Below, piece by piece: positions 18,728-27,012 of a stretch of 64,000 bases of DNA. The stretch covers positions 36,093-100,092 of the forward strand of contig JBCFBH010000001.1 of the NCBI GenBank assembly GCA_038562595.1, written 5' to 3'. A program made the translations under genes and the position numbers. This stretch comes from Anaerolineaceae bacterium. Its GTDB lineage: Bacteria; Chloroflexota; Anaerolineae; Anaerolineales; Anaerolineaceae. A model generated the notes under the pieces. The model saw nothing but the letters and a program-made list of their open reading frames with translations. It made no database searches and was not told the DNA's origin. How positions within the stretch are numbered: position 1 is the first letter of the stretch; every line of letters begins with the position of its first letter.

Positions 18728-20899
18728 TTAAGCCTCAGCAATGCCCAGTATATCAATGGTGCGTTGGAGCAGCTGAGCGCGCGTTCTGGTATCGGAGGAA
18801 GAAGCCAAAAGCGCTTCCAGGTCATCCGCGCCCGCGGCAGCCAACGGGCTTCTGCCGATGTAACCGGCTTGAATGCGCTGGCGCTCGCCCCAGAGGAGTT
18901 CAGCCAGCACCGGCGCATTCAGTGCCGCCAGACGTTCAGCGGACCCGCCGGCACCATTCATAGTCTCGAGTGTGCGGCTGACAGCAAAACTCAGCGGGCT
19001 GTGGATGGACTTGGTCAGACAACCGTGGATTAACCAGGTCAGGAAGTGATTGCGGGAAGGTGGAGGCAGGATGCGCTCTCTGAGCGCTGGATTCACTCTG
19101 GCAAGGAGCGCTTCCACATCCCAACCATCATCCAAAAAATAACCCACCACCCTGTTTTGTTCCTGCGACGCTGGTATTTCGCACGTTTGTGTATCTGGTT
19201 GGATGGTGTTTTTAGGGAAAATCGCAGAATCTTTGAGTCTAAAAAGTATCTTAATTATCGTATCAAATTGACAAATTTCCGCGTCAACCAATGTCTCAAA
19301 ATGACAATTAAGACTGTCCGCCAAAGTATCAAAATGACAAATTTGTTCCGCTTCTAAGGTCTCAAACTGACAAATACCCTGGGAGACTAAAGTCTCATAA
19401 TGACAAATTCGCCTGGCGTCCAGCCGCAATGCGCCGCGGAGGAGCTGGGCATAGCGCGTGTCAGAAGAAAAAGCCTGTAAAGCCAGGCGTTGTTCAGCGC
19501 TTGCTTCACTGAGCAAGAAGGCATACATGGCGCCCTTCAGAAGTTCGTCGGAGGCAGTAAGGCGAACCTCTTCCACGCGCAGCTGCCAATCCAAGCCAGC
19601 GGCGTTTGAACGGGTAGCAACCCGGCAAAGATATTGGCTGGCAAGCTGGCGGTTTGCTTCGCGCCACTCACGGGCGTATTCAGTACCAGGGTTTACTTCT
19701 TGCTTACGCGGACGACCGCGAGCGCTTTGTTTTAGGTGAGGAATGCGTCCGGGCAGCGTTTCGGAGCGGATCCACTTCTGCAGGGTTGGCAATCCGCCCG
19801 GTACCCAAAATGTGTTGCGGTCCTTTCCGCGCGCCCAGTCAATATAGCAGCAATTCTTGCTCATAAGGTAGAGCATACCCAAATCCGCGCCGAGGTCCGG
19901 TAAGACGCGGTGAAACCAGTACCACGGTACAGCCAGAAAACTTTCAGGTCGGATAAGATGCGCTGCCAACCGGTCGCATAATCCGGCCAAAGCCGGAGTG
20001 AGGCGGGAATCGCCCAGGGCTGCCTGCAAAACTTCGTGTACTGACGCGGCTGTCGAAAAAATGTCGTCCTTCGAAGGGTCCGGGGTGCGGTAGGGGAACA
20101 CAAGCATATGGTCGCGAGGTGTCTCCAGCGCCTTTTTGATGGTGCCAGCTGGGTCTGCGCTGAGACCTGCTTCAAGCAGCCAGCGGTAGAGATCCTGCGC
20201 GTCTCCAGGGGTCAGCAGGAGTCCGCGGTAGGTGTAGGTGTTTGCCTGGCGCACAATCTTACCGTTCACAAAGCGGTGGACAGGTTCCGCGCGGTGCACG
20301 AACCAATCCAATGCGCCGCTTTTGAAGACGCGGAAGAAAGTAGCGCGACTGATAACACGCCCGAGCATATTCAGAAGACCTTCCACGTCAATTGTTACCG
20401 CGTCACCCAGGCGGGGGTAGAGTTGGTCCGCGCCGTGTTCGCGGGAGCGTCGGTAAAAAGCTTGCCTGAGCGCGCTGGCAATCAGGACCGCGTTGGACCC
20501 TACAAAGGGAACAAAACGCAGCAGATAGGCGGGAATGGCGGCAATCGATTCGGGCGCGAGGATTGCCTCCGAGACATCTGAGGCGCCAAATTCAAGCGTC
20601 AGAGCACCATCTTCTGCGGCTTCAGACGCGGTAGGAAACGGTGATAGACCGGGAAGTGTGCCCATGGGCACAGTAGGGCTCATCGTCAGACGGAATTCCT
20701 TGCCGGTCAAATCCTGTACGACGGTTTCAATCAATGGATAATAACGGCAAAGACTGGCGTAGACCATTGGAGGGGCGCTGAGCTGATAGCTGCCGTTGTA
20801 GCTGACGCTGGCGGAATCAAGCAAATGGGCTAAAGCCGCGTCTTGCTTGGCGGCCAAAACCGCCTGGATATCCGACCACGCATTTACTTCAGAATTCAT
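18728..20899 (-). CDS. large protein of unknown function containing five 11-aa ICxFETL repeats (possible initiator-like DNA-binding protein)
   Basis: 723-aa uninterrupted ORF co-directional with the upstream AAA ATPase gene. No catalytic motif recognised. Repeats ICHYETLVSQG/ICQFETLEAEQ/ICHFDTLADSL/NCHFETLVDAE/ICQFDTIIKIL. Confidence 0.75.
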   Translation of the reverse strand: MNSEVNAWSDIQAVLAAKQDAALAHLLDSASVSYNGSYQLSAPPMVYASLCRYYPLIETVVQDLTGKEFRLTMSPTVPMGTLPGLSPFPTASEAAEDGALTLEFGASDVSEAILAPESIAAIPAYLLRFVPFVGSNAVLIASALRQAFYRRSREHGADQLYPRLGDAVTIDVEGLLNMLGRVISRATFFRVFKSGALDWFVHRAEPVHRFVNGKIVRQANTYTYRGLLLTPGDAQDLYRWLLEAGLSADPAGTIKKALETPRDHMLVFPYRTPDPSKDDIFSTAASVHEVLQAALGDSRLTPALAGLCDRLAAHLIRPESFLAVPWYWFHRVLPDLGADLGMLYLMSKNCCYIDWARGKDRNTFWVPGGLPTLQKWIRSETLPGRIPHLKQSARGRPRKQEVNPGTEYAREWREANRQLASQYLCRVATRSNAAGLDWQLRVEEVRLTASDELLKGAMYAFLLSEASAEQRLALQAFSSDTRYAQLLRGALRLDARRICHYETLVSQGICQFETLEAEQICHFDTLADSLNCHFETLVDAEICQFDTIIKILFRLKDSAIFPKNTIQPDTQTCEIPASQEQNRVVGYFLDDGWDVEALLARVNPALRERILPPPSRNHFLTWLIHGCLTKSIHSPLSFAVSRTLETMNGAGGSAERLAALNAPVLAELLWGERQRIQAGYIGRSPLAAAGADDLEALLASSSDTRTRAQLLQRTIDILGIAEA
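19260..19409 (+). repeat. five copies of the 18-bp motif GTMTCAWAHTGACAAWTW at exact 33-bp spacing, inside the 723-aa gene
   Basis: Copies start at 19260, 19293, 19326, 19359 and 19392. Core TGTC-N7-GACA dyad in three of the five copies; copies 1 and 3 read GTATC. Confidence 0.85.
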
Positions 20900-21015
20900 T
20901 CGTTGCCTTTGAAACGCAATCTCGTATCGCTGAAAATGCGAAAGACTGCGGGTGTGACCGTGAACCGATTAAATAGATTTGTCTCCACAAACTCTTCCCA
21001 TCAAAGGAAACGCTA

Positions 21016-21819
21016 TCAGCTGCGCGGAGCCAACTCAGGAATGAACAGATGGTTTTTCCTTGTTTCAATCTGTTCTTCCAGATAAGCGCTTGCCAGCGCT
21101 AAGGCGTTTGTGAGTGAACCCCTGGCCTGGTCAGCAATGCTCAGGGCGGCTTGTTCAGGCAGTAGAGCCATGGGATCGGAAGCCCCGGCCATTCTGAGGC
21201 GGGCGTACAGTAAGCTGGCAACTTCCTGCGTTCCGGGCGCGCGGAAGGGAACATAAAGACCAAGGAATTGGTTGAGACTGCCGATATTGCTGGTGGTATT
21301 GTTCAGATCCTGCAGGAATATCAAGGTGCGGATTTTCTTGGTGTGTTCCACCGACCAGGAAAGCAATTGGGTGAGGTATTCCTGGTCCACCGGCGGACCA
21401 TCCAGCACAAGCAGAAGTTCGTCATTGTGTTCATCCAGATACTCAAAAATGCTTTCAATGCGATTGGCGTTAGAGCGCGCGGAAGGGAGACCTAAGGTTT
21501 CGACGATCGCCATTAAGAAGTGGCGGGGTTCCGTTACTGTGTTGGTGTTCATGTACAGACCCAATACCGAGGCGCGCACGCTGGCAAGGTAGCGGGCGGC
21601 TGCGGCTTTCATCGCCAGCATGCTTTTACCGCTGCCTACCGCCCCGGCAATAACACCCAGGTTCTTGGAGGGATCTTTCTGATCCAGGATAAAGCTGGAG
21701 GCAACCTCCAGAACCCGCCGCTGCTCGTGAATCAAGGGATAAAAGAAACGGGTGTCCGGGTAGTGTAGAAACGGGTGTTCAAGCAAACCAGCAGAAAGCA
21801 GATCCAAAGTTGAAAGCAT
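21016..21819 (-). CDS. AAA_22/ExeA-like P-loop ATPase with atypical Walker B
   Basis: Walker A GAVGSGKS. Walker B-like LLLVLDGPP (no acidic residue after the Asp). Start taken at the second Met (SD AAGGAG 8 nt upstream). The ORF-track start is 21855. Confidence 0.75.
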   Translation of the reverse strand: MLSTLDLLSAGLLEHPFLHYPDTRFFYPLIHEQRRVLEVASSFILDQKDPSKNLGVIAGAVGSGKSMLAMKAAAARYLASVRASVLGLYMNTNTVTEPRHFLMAIVETLGLPSARSNANRIESIFEYLDEHNDELLLVLDGPPVDQEYLTQLLSWSVEHTKKIRTLIFLQDLNNTTSNIGSLNQFLGLYVPFRAPGTQEVASLLYARLRMAGASDPMALLPEQAALSIADQARGSLTNALALASAYLEEQIETRKNHLFIPELAPRS

Positions 21820-21941
21820 GGGCGGCGCTCCTTGTATGTATAAATAGGTTAGCATGCGCGTTGAATTAAGTCAAGTGCTTAATATTATCCACCCACTTTA
21901 CGTAACTGACAAGTTTATTCAAACAAATAAGAAAGAGTAAC

Positions 21942-21969
21942 TTGTAAAGAACAGAAAATAATGTAAAAT
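21942..21969 (+). promoter_or_regulatory. candidate sigma70-type promoter of parA
   Basis: TTGTAA-N16-TAAAAT in the AT-rich divergent intergenic region. It overlaps the first ATG of the ORF-track ORF, which supports the 22013 start. Confidence 0.4.
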
Positions 21970-22012
21970 GTACACAAGCATTTATTTTTCAGACAAGGAG
22001 CGCGGAGCGCCG

Positions 22013-22843
22013 ATGGCAATTATATCTCTGATTAACCGTAAGGGTGGAGTGGGAAAATCCACCATCAGCATCAACCTGGCGGCAGGCTTAGCGATTTATG
22101 AATCCCGCAAAGCCATTCATAAGCCGGTGCTGCTGATCGATATGGATGACCAATTAAGCGCGACAATCACCGCAATGGGTGGTGGTTTGGATGACCAGTT
22201 TGTGCCCATGATCACTGCCGAAAACAACTTTCCAAACGCGCTTGGAAATGGATACGGGGCTTCAGATACGCTCATCAATGACTCCCTGCTGCCGCGCAAA
22301 CGCGAGGAAAAAGTGCGCATCTTCCGCACGAACAAGACGCGCATGGAAGGCCTGGAAGCCGCCCTGAAAACCCGGGAAGACCCTGCTTTTCAACTGACCT
22401 ATTTCCTGGAATCCATCAAGGATGAGTATTCCTACATCATCATCGATAACCCCCCTTCGGCCGGGATTGTGCCAATGAACTCGTTGGTGGCGAGCACGCA
22501 CGTCTTAATCCCAATTGAACCGGACGGATTGAGTTTGATTGGCCTGGCAGATATTCTGCGCATGATTGAAGGCGTCCACAAAAACACCAACCCGGACTTA
22601 AAGATTCTGGGAATTATTCCTTCGCGCTTTCGCATGATCCGCCGTCAATCGCGCGACGTTATCGAGGATATGGAAAGGATGTACGGCCACCTGCTGCTGC
22701 CCTACATCAAGGACCTGGCGGAAATCTCCGCGGCGACCACATCTGGTTACGATATCTTTTCGTATTGTCCGGAGAAGTCCCAGGCTTACCGCTGCTTCTC
22801 CAATCTGGTGGATGCAGTTATGGGCAAGCTCGGCGAGGCATAG
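22013..22843 (+). CDS. parA: ParA-family partition ATPase
   Basis: Deviant Walker A NRKGGVGKST right after the start. GGAG 5 nt upstream of ATG 22013. Confidence 0.9.
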   Translation: MAIISLINRKGGVGKSTISINLAAGLAIYESRKAIHKPVLLIDMDDQLSATITAMGGGLDDQFVPMITAENNFPNALGNGYGASDTLINDSLLPRKREEKVRIFRTNKTRMEGLEAALKTREDPAFQLTYFLESIKDEYSYIIIDNPPSAGIVPMNSLVASTHVLIPIEPDGLSLIGLADILRMIEGVHKNTNPDLKILGIIPSRFRMIRRQSRDVIEDMERMYGHLLLPYIKDLAEISAATTSGYDIFSYCPEKSQAYRCFSNLVDAVMGKLGEA

Positions 22844-22925
22844 CTGGCGCGGAAAACTCAGCGCGTGTAAATGTGTGCCCATGGGCACAGTACGGGAAAC
22901 GCGAAAAAAGAAAGGAAGCTGAACA

Positions 22926-24068
22926 ATGGCAGAACTCAGGAAAAAAGGTTTTGGAGATCTGATCAACATCACAAGCGATGCTTTTGGGGCAAGCACCGGC
23001 GAAGCAGACACGGCTTTCATGGAAGGCGCGCCTAAAATGGTAAACAACCGCCAGAGCGTCTACCGCGTGCCGCTTTCCATGATCAGACCGGACCGCTTCC
23101 AGGCGCGTTTTATGCTTCCCTACGAACTACGGGAAGATTTCTATTCTCAAAAAGCGGATTGGGCTGAGACAGTGCGGCGCTGGCTAAAGCTGGCTGAGAC
23201 AGATCGCTTGATTCGCCGTGAGATTGACGAACTGATTGCGTTGGGGGATTCGCTGCACGATACCGGACAAATCAAACCAGTCACCGGTCAGGTGGTCAAT
23301 ACCGACGGCAGAGATGTGTTCCAGATGCTGACCGGCGAGCGGCGCTTTTGGGCAACCGCCATAAAGTCCGTGCGTGAGGGGCTTGGCGAGGAACCCTTTG
23401 TACTCGCGCTGATCGATAACCAACCCAGCCTTGAAAAACAAATCGCTGAGAACATGGCTTACAAGGCTCTGACGCCGGTCGGGAAAGCCCGCGCGGCTGC
23501 CCGAATCGTGTTAGAAGCCAATAACATCAAACCGGAAACTTCAGAAGATGAATTTGCTTTCTTCCGTAAAATCAATGAGGTGCGGCTGAGCGATGAGACC
23601 CGCGAAGTCCTGATGAAGACGCTTCAGTTGGAACGCACATATTACGGCCGCCTGATGAAGTTTTTTGAGCTCCCCGAGAACTTGCTTGAAATTTGCGACC
23701 GGGCGGAGATGCCCGAACGCGTGCTGCGGGAGATAGTCTCCTATGACCCCGAATATTGGACCGGCGCGGTTCACTATTACGCGGAACACGAAGGACGCAC
23801 CTACCAGGATGTGCATGCCTTCCTCGAACGGGCAGCCGGCCGGGAGAAACCCCGCGCGGTGCGCTTGCCGGCTGACCCAGCCACCAAATCGGCACGATCC
23901 ATCAAGCGCGTGCTCCTGAATATAGAGGAACTCCCGCAGGATGATAAGATTGGAACCCTCGCGGATGCTTTGATTGGCGAATCAGACAAAGAAGAAGCCG
24001 CGCGTATTGTGACCCATCTGGAACAGCTTACCGCGGCAGTCAGGCAGCGGCTTAACGGTCTGAAATAA
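22926..24068 (+). CDS. parB: ParB-family protein (divergent, with an insertion in the N-terminal domain)
   Basis: 380 aa. ParB/Srx box IRPDRFQARF ... TGERRFWATAI. C-terminal HTH-like LPENLLEICDRAEMPERVLREI. Follows parA. Confidence 0.8.
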   Translation: MAELRKKGFGDLINITSDAFGASTGEADTAFMEGAPKMVNNRQSVYRVPLSMIRPDRFQARFMLPYELREDFYSQKADWAETVRRWLKLAETDRLIRREIDELIALGDSLHDTGQIKPVTGQVVNTDGRDVFQMLTGERRFWATAIKSVREGLGEEPFVLALIDNQPSLEKQIAENMAYKALTPVGKARAAARIVLEANNIKPETSEDEFAFFRKINEVRLSDETREVLMKTLQLERTYYGRLMKFFELPENLLEICDRAEMPERVLREIVSYDPEYWTGAVHYYAEHEGRTYQDVHAFLERAAGREKPRAVRLPADPATKSARSIKRVLLNIEELPQDDKIGTLADALIGESDKEEAARIVTHLEQLTAAVRQRLNGLK

Positions 24069-24091
24069 GCTGAACTTCGCCTGCATTTTCT

Positions 24092-24125
24092 CCGCGTCGG
24101 GAGTTTTCCCGGCGCGGTTATTTTT
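24092..24125 (+). terminator. rho-independent terminator of parB
   Basis: ccgcgtcggg-agtttt-cccggcgcgg (10 bp with one G-U pair) followed by ttattttt. Confidence 0.65.
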
Positions 24126-24264
24126 GAGAAAGAATCCAACGAAAAACCGACCTCTATCAGGAAAACGAAGCCCCTGCAAGAAAAACTTTCGGTAACGGAG
24201 TGAAGTTTTCTAATTTCTAATTCGCAACGGTATTGCGCGTAGGTATATTCTTGTGTGCTCTAAT

Positions 24265-24282
24265 GTCTCAAAATGACAAATT
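24265..24282 (+). promoter_or_regulatory. isolated non-coding copy of the 18-bp motif (GTCTCAAAATGACAAATT)
   Basis: Matches the consensus of the five intragenic copies, in the same orientation. Lies 140 nt past the parB terminator. No ORF covers it. Confidence 0.6.
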
Positions 24283-24466
24283 CAAACGCGGATGCAGGTT
24301 TGGGTTCCAGCGCATGAAAGCTGTGCAATTCCGTAAAGACGACGCGACGGGGATGCCATGAATCGAGCCAGCCGGCGCCGGGCACGACGCGGGGGAGGGC
24401 GAGAGTTCCCTAAATCGAAAGTTTCAGATACAATACAACCTATTCGTCATTCGAGGTAAAAATAAT

Positions 24467-24952
24467 TTGAATAACAAGAAAAACACAAAACTAATTATTG
24501 GAATCGCGGTCATTGCGGCAGCGCTCTTATATCTGGTTATCAGTTCAACGCTCTCACAATCACAATACTTTATGACCGTAGAAGAAATCAAGGCAGGACA
24601 AGCCGAGCTGGTCGGGAAAAATGTCCGCATGTCCGGCGTTGTCTTGGGCGATACTATTTCTTACGACCCACAAACAATGGACCTCAGCTTTGAGGTAGCC
24701 CAAATCCCTGGCGACCACCAGGTCATCCAGGACATGGGGGGCATGTCGGCTGTGCTTGCCCAGGCTGCGCACGACCCGAACCTGCCAAAAATTCAGGTCC
24801 ATTACAAAGGACCGCGTCCTGACCTTTTGAAGGACGAAGCGCAAGCTATCATGACCGGCGCTTTGGATGAGGGTGGCGTGTTTCAGGTCAGTGAACTGCT
24901 GCTGAAGTGCCCGTCCAAGTACGAAGCGGAACTACCCGCGCAAAGCAAGTAA
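24467..24952 (+). CDS. ccmE: cytochrome c maturation heme chaperone CcmE, CxxxY variant
   Basis: 161 aa. N-terminal membrane anchor and OB-fold region. C-terminal LLLKCPSKYE aligns to LAKHDENY of canonical CcmE. TTG start. Confidence 0.85.
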   Translation: MNNKKNTKLIIGIAVIAAALLYLVISSTLSQSQYFMTVEEIKAGQAELVGKNVRMSGVVLGDTISYDPQTMDLSFEVAQIPGDHQVIQDMGGMSAVLAQAAHDPNLPKIQVHYKGPRPDLLKDEAQAIMTGALDEGGVFQVSELLLKCPSKYEAELPAQSK

Positions 24953-24972
24953 TCTAAACCCTAGAGGTATAC

Positions 24973-27012
24973 ATGTTTTATGTTGGTTTTCTGACGTCCT
25001 CGCTCGCGCTGCTAACAAACGTTGTTGCGTTTATCCTGGTGATTATCCGTCTCATTCGTAAACAAACTCAACTCCCTGGCGCCGCAGTTCTTCTGACAAA
25101 AATCAGTTTCTTCGCGCACACTGCCGCCCTGCTTTCGCTAATGGTGATGCAGGTTCTGCAGGATTATTCGAATGCATATGTCATCTCGGTGATCAATCCC
25201 GCCATGCCCTGGATTCTTAAAATCACCGCGCTGTGGGGCGGTCAAACCGGCTCGCTTTTCTTCTGGAGCTGGATAGTTTCTTTGTGCGCTTTCCTGGCGC
25301 TTACCGGAAAGAAACACCTGCTCGACAACTGGTCTTTCCTGGTGGTCAGCCTTAACCAAATCCTGTTTCTTGCCCTTTCACTTGCTGCGGATAATCCTTT
25401 TACGCGCGTTTGGGCGCTGGAAGACGGCAGCCTGGTGACAAGCCTTTTCGCACCGCAGGCAGGCGCCGTGGTGGAAAGATTAACCAACGGCATGGGGCTG
25501 AACCCGCTGCTGCGCCACCCGGGGATGGTGATCCATCCACCGCTGCTGTACATCGGATATGCGCTCTACCTGGTGCCATTCGCCGTGGGAATCTCGACCC
25601 TTGCGCGCGGTTCGCAGAGCGAACATCTTCTGGATCAAACCCGGACCTGGTTATTGACTGCCTGGGTTTTCCTCGGCGCAGGGATTGTGCTCGGCAGCTG
25701 GTGGTCTTACGATGTGTTGGGGTGGGGCGGTTACTGGGCTTGGGATCCTGTGGAAACGGCCTCGCTGATGCCCTGGCTCGCAAGCACCGCTCTGCTTCAC
25801 AGCTTGCTGTTGGAACGCCGTAAGAACATTTTCCAACGCTTCAATTTGCTGCTGGTCTTGCTGAGTTACCTGCTGGTGGTTTTCAGCATCTTCGTCACCC
25901 GTTCCGGGCTGGTAAATTCGGTGCACGCTTTTGGCGAGAGCATCATCTCTATCCCGCTGCTGGTCTTCATGTTAGTCTTGCTGCTTGTATCGGTTGTACT
26001 TCTGGCGTGGCGCTGGAAGTCTCTGAACAGCGATTGGAAATTTGGTTCTGCTTTCAGCCGTGAAGCGCTGTTTCTGTACACAAATATTATCCTCATTGCG
26101 CTGGTCCTGATCTGTTTGTGGGGTCTGATTTTCCCATTGATCAATGGCGCCCTGACGGGGGTGGAAATGACGCTGCACCGCGGGTTTTACGACCGCAGCA
26201 CCACGCCGCTGTTTGCTCTGCTGGTGGTGCTGATGGCTGTTTGCCCCCTTGTGGGGTGGAACGCAGCCCGGCTGAAACAGTTCGGCAGGAAATTATGGAT
26301 CCCGTTGAGTATTGCCGCCCTGGGCTTGTTAGCGGTTTTTCTGGCTGGGGTGCGCCAGGCCTGGGCGCTTGGGGGCATTTTCATCGTCATCCTGGGTCTT
26401 ACTGCGCTCCTCTATTCGACAGCGCAGGACGCGCAAGCGGTTGGCTTGAAAAGATTTCCGAAGTTGTGGTGGAATCAGCGCGCGCGCTACGGCGCCTGGC
26501 TGGTCCATGCCGGCATTCTGTTGATTGCGCTCGGCATCGTTGGCATGGGAAACCTTTCAGCCAGCATTGAAGGAACCATGGTTCCGGGTGAAAAAATGCC
26601 TCTGCGCGGCTATGAGATCGAATTCGTGTCAGTACGGGAGAGCTTCGAGAACCCTGAGTATAAGACCGTGACTGCTGAAACCGTACTGTACAAAGATGGC
26701 AAAGAAATCGCGCGTTTGAACCCCGCCCAACACATTTATCCGGACCGCGGACAATACATTACCATACCCGACGCGCATGCTACCCTGCGGGGGGACGTGT
26801 ACACCCTGCTGGCGGGGTATGATGTTGATATCCCTTACATCACCCTGCGCCTGTCCGATAATCCTTTGGTCAACTTGATGTGGATTGGCGGTATTTTCAT
26901 AACCGCGGGCGGGGTGTTGGCTGTAAGCTTGCCCGCCAGGCGAAGCGAGCAGGAAGAGGAAACAAAAATCGCGGAGGAAACGCTTGACTCTACAAGCGCG
27001 GCAGATTTCTAA
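24973..27012 (+). CDS. ccmF: cytochrome c heme lyase subunit CcmF
   Basis: 679 aa, polytopic. WWD-type motif WGGYWAWDPVE. Confidence 0.9.
   Translation: MFYVGFLTSSLALLTNVVAFILVIIRLIRKQTQLPGAAVLLTKISFFAHTAALLSLMVMQVLQDYSNAYVISVINPAMPWILKITALWGGQTGSLFFWSWIVSLCAFLALTGKKHLLDNWSFLVVSLNQILFLALSLAADNPFTRVWALEDGSLVTSLFAPQAGAVVERLTNGMGLNPLLRHPGMVIHPPLLYIGYALYLVPFAVGISTLARGSQSEHLLDQTRTWLLTAWVFLGAGIVLGSWWSYDVLGWGGYWAWDPVETASLMPWLASTALLHSLLLERRKNIFQRFNLLLVLLSYLLVVFSIFVTRSGLVNSVHAFGESIISIPLLVFMLVLLLVSVVLLAWRWKSLNSDWKFGSAFSREALFLYTNIILIALVLICLWGLIFPLINGALTGVEMTLHRGFYDRSTTPLFALLVVLMAVCPLVGWNAARLKQFGRKLWIPLSIAALGLLAVFLAGVRQAWALGGIFIVILGLTALLYSTAQDAQAVGLKRFPKLWWNQRARYGAWLVHAGILLIALGIVGMGNLSASIEGTMVPGEKMPLRGYEIEFVSVRESFENPEYKTVTAETVLYKDGKEIARLNPAQHIYPDRGQYITIPDAHATLRGDVYTLLAGYDVDIPYITLRLSDNPLVNLMWIGGIFITAGGVLAVSLPARRSEQEEETKIAEETLDSTSAADF

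Noticed and set aside
21885-21893. DnaA-box-like 9-mer TTATCCACC considered as evidence for an origin.
   Set aside because: It is a single copy with a mismatch at the last position. No cluster of boxes was found, so it is mentioned only as weak context.
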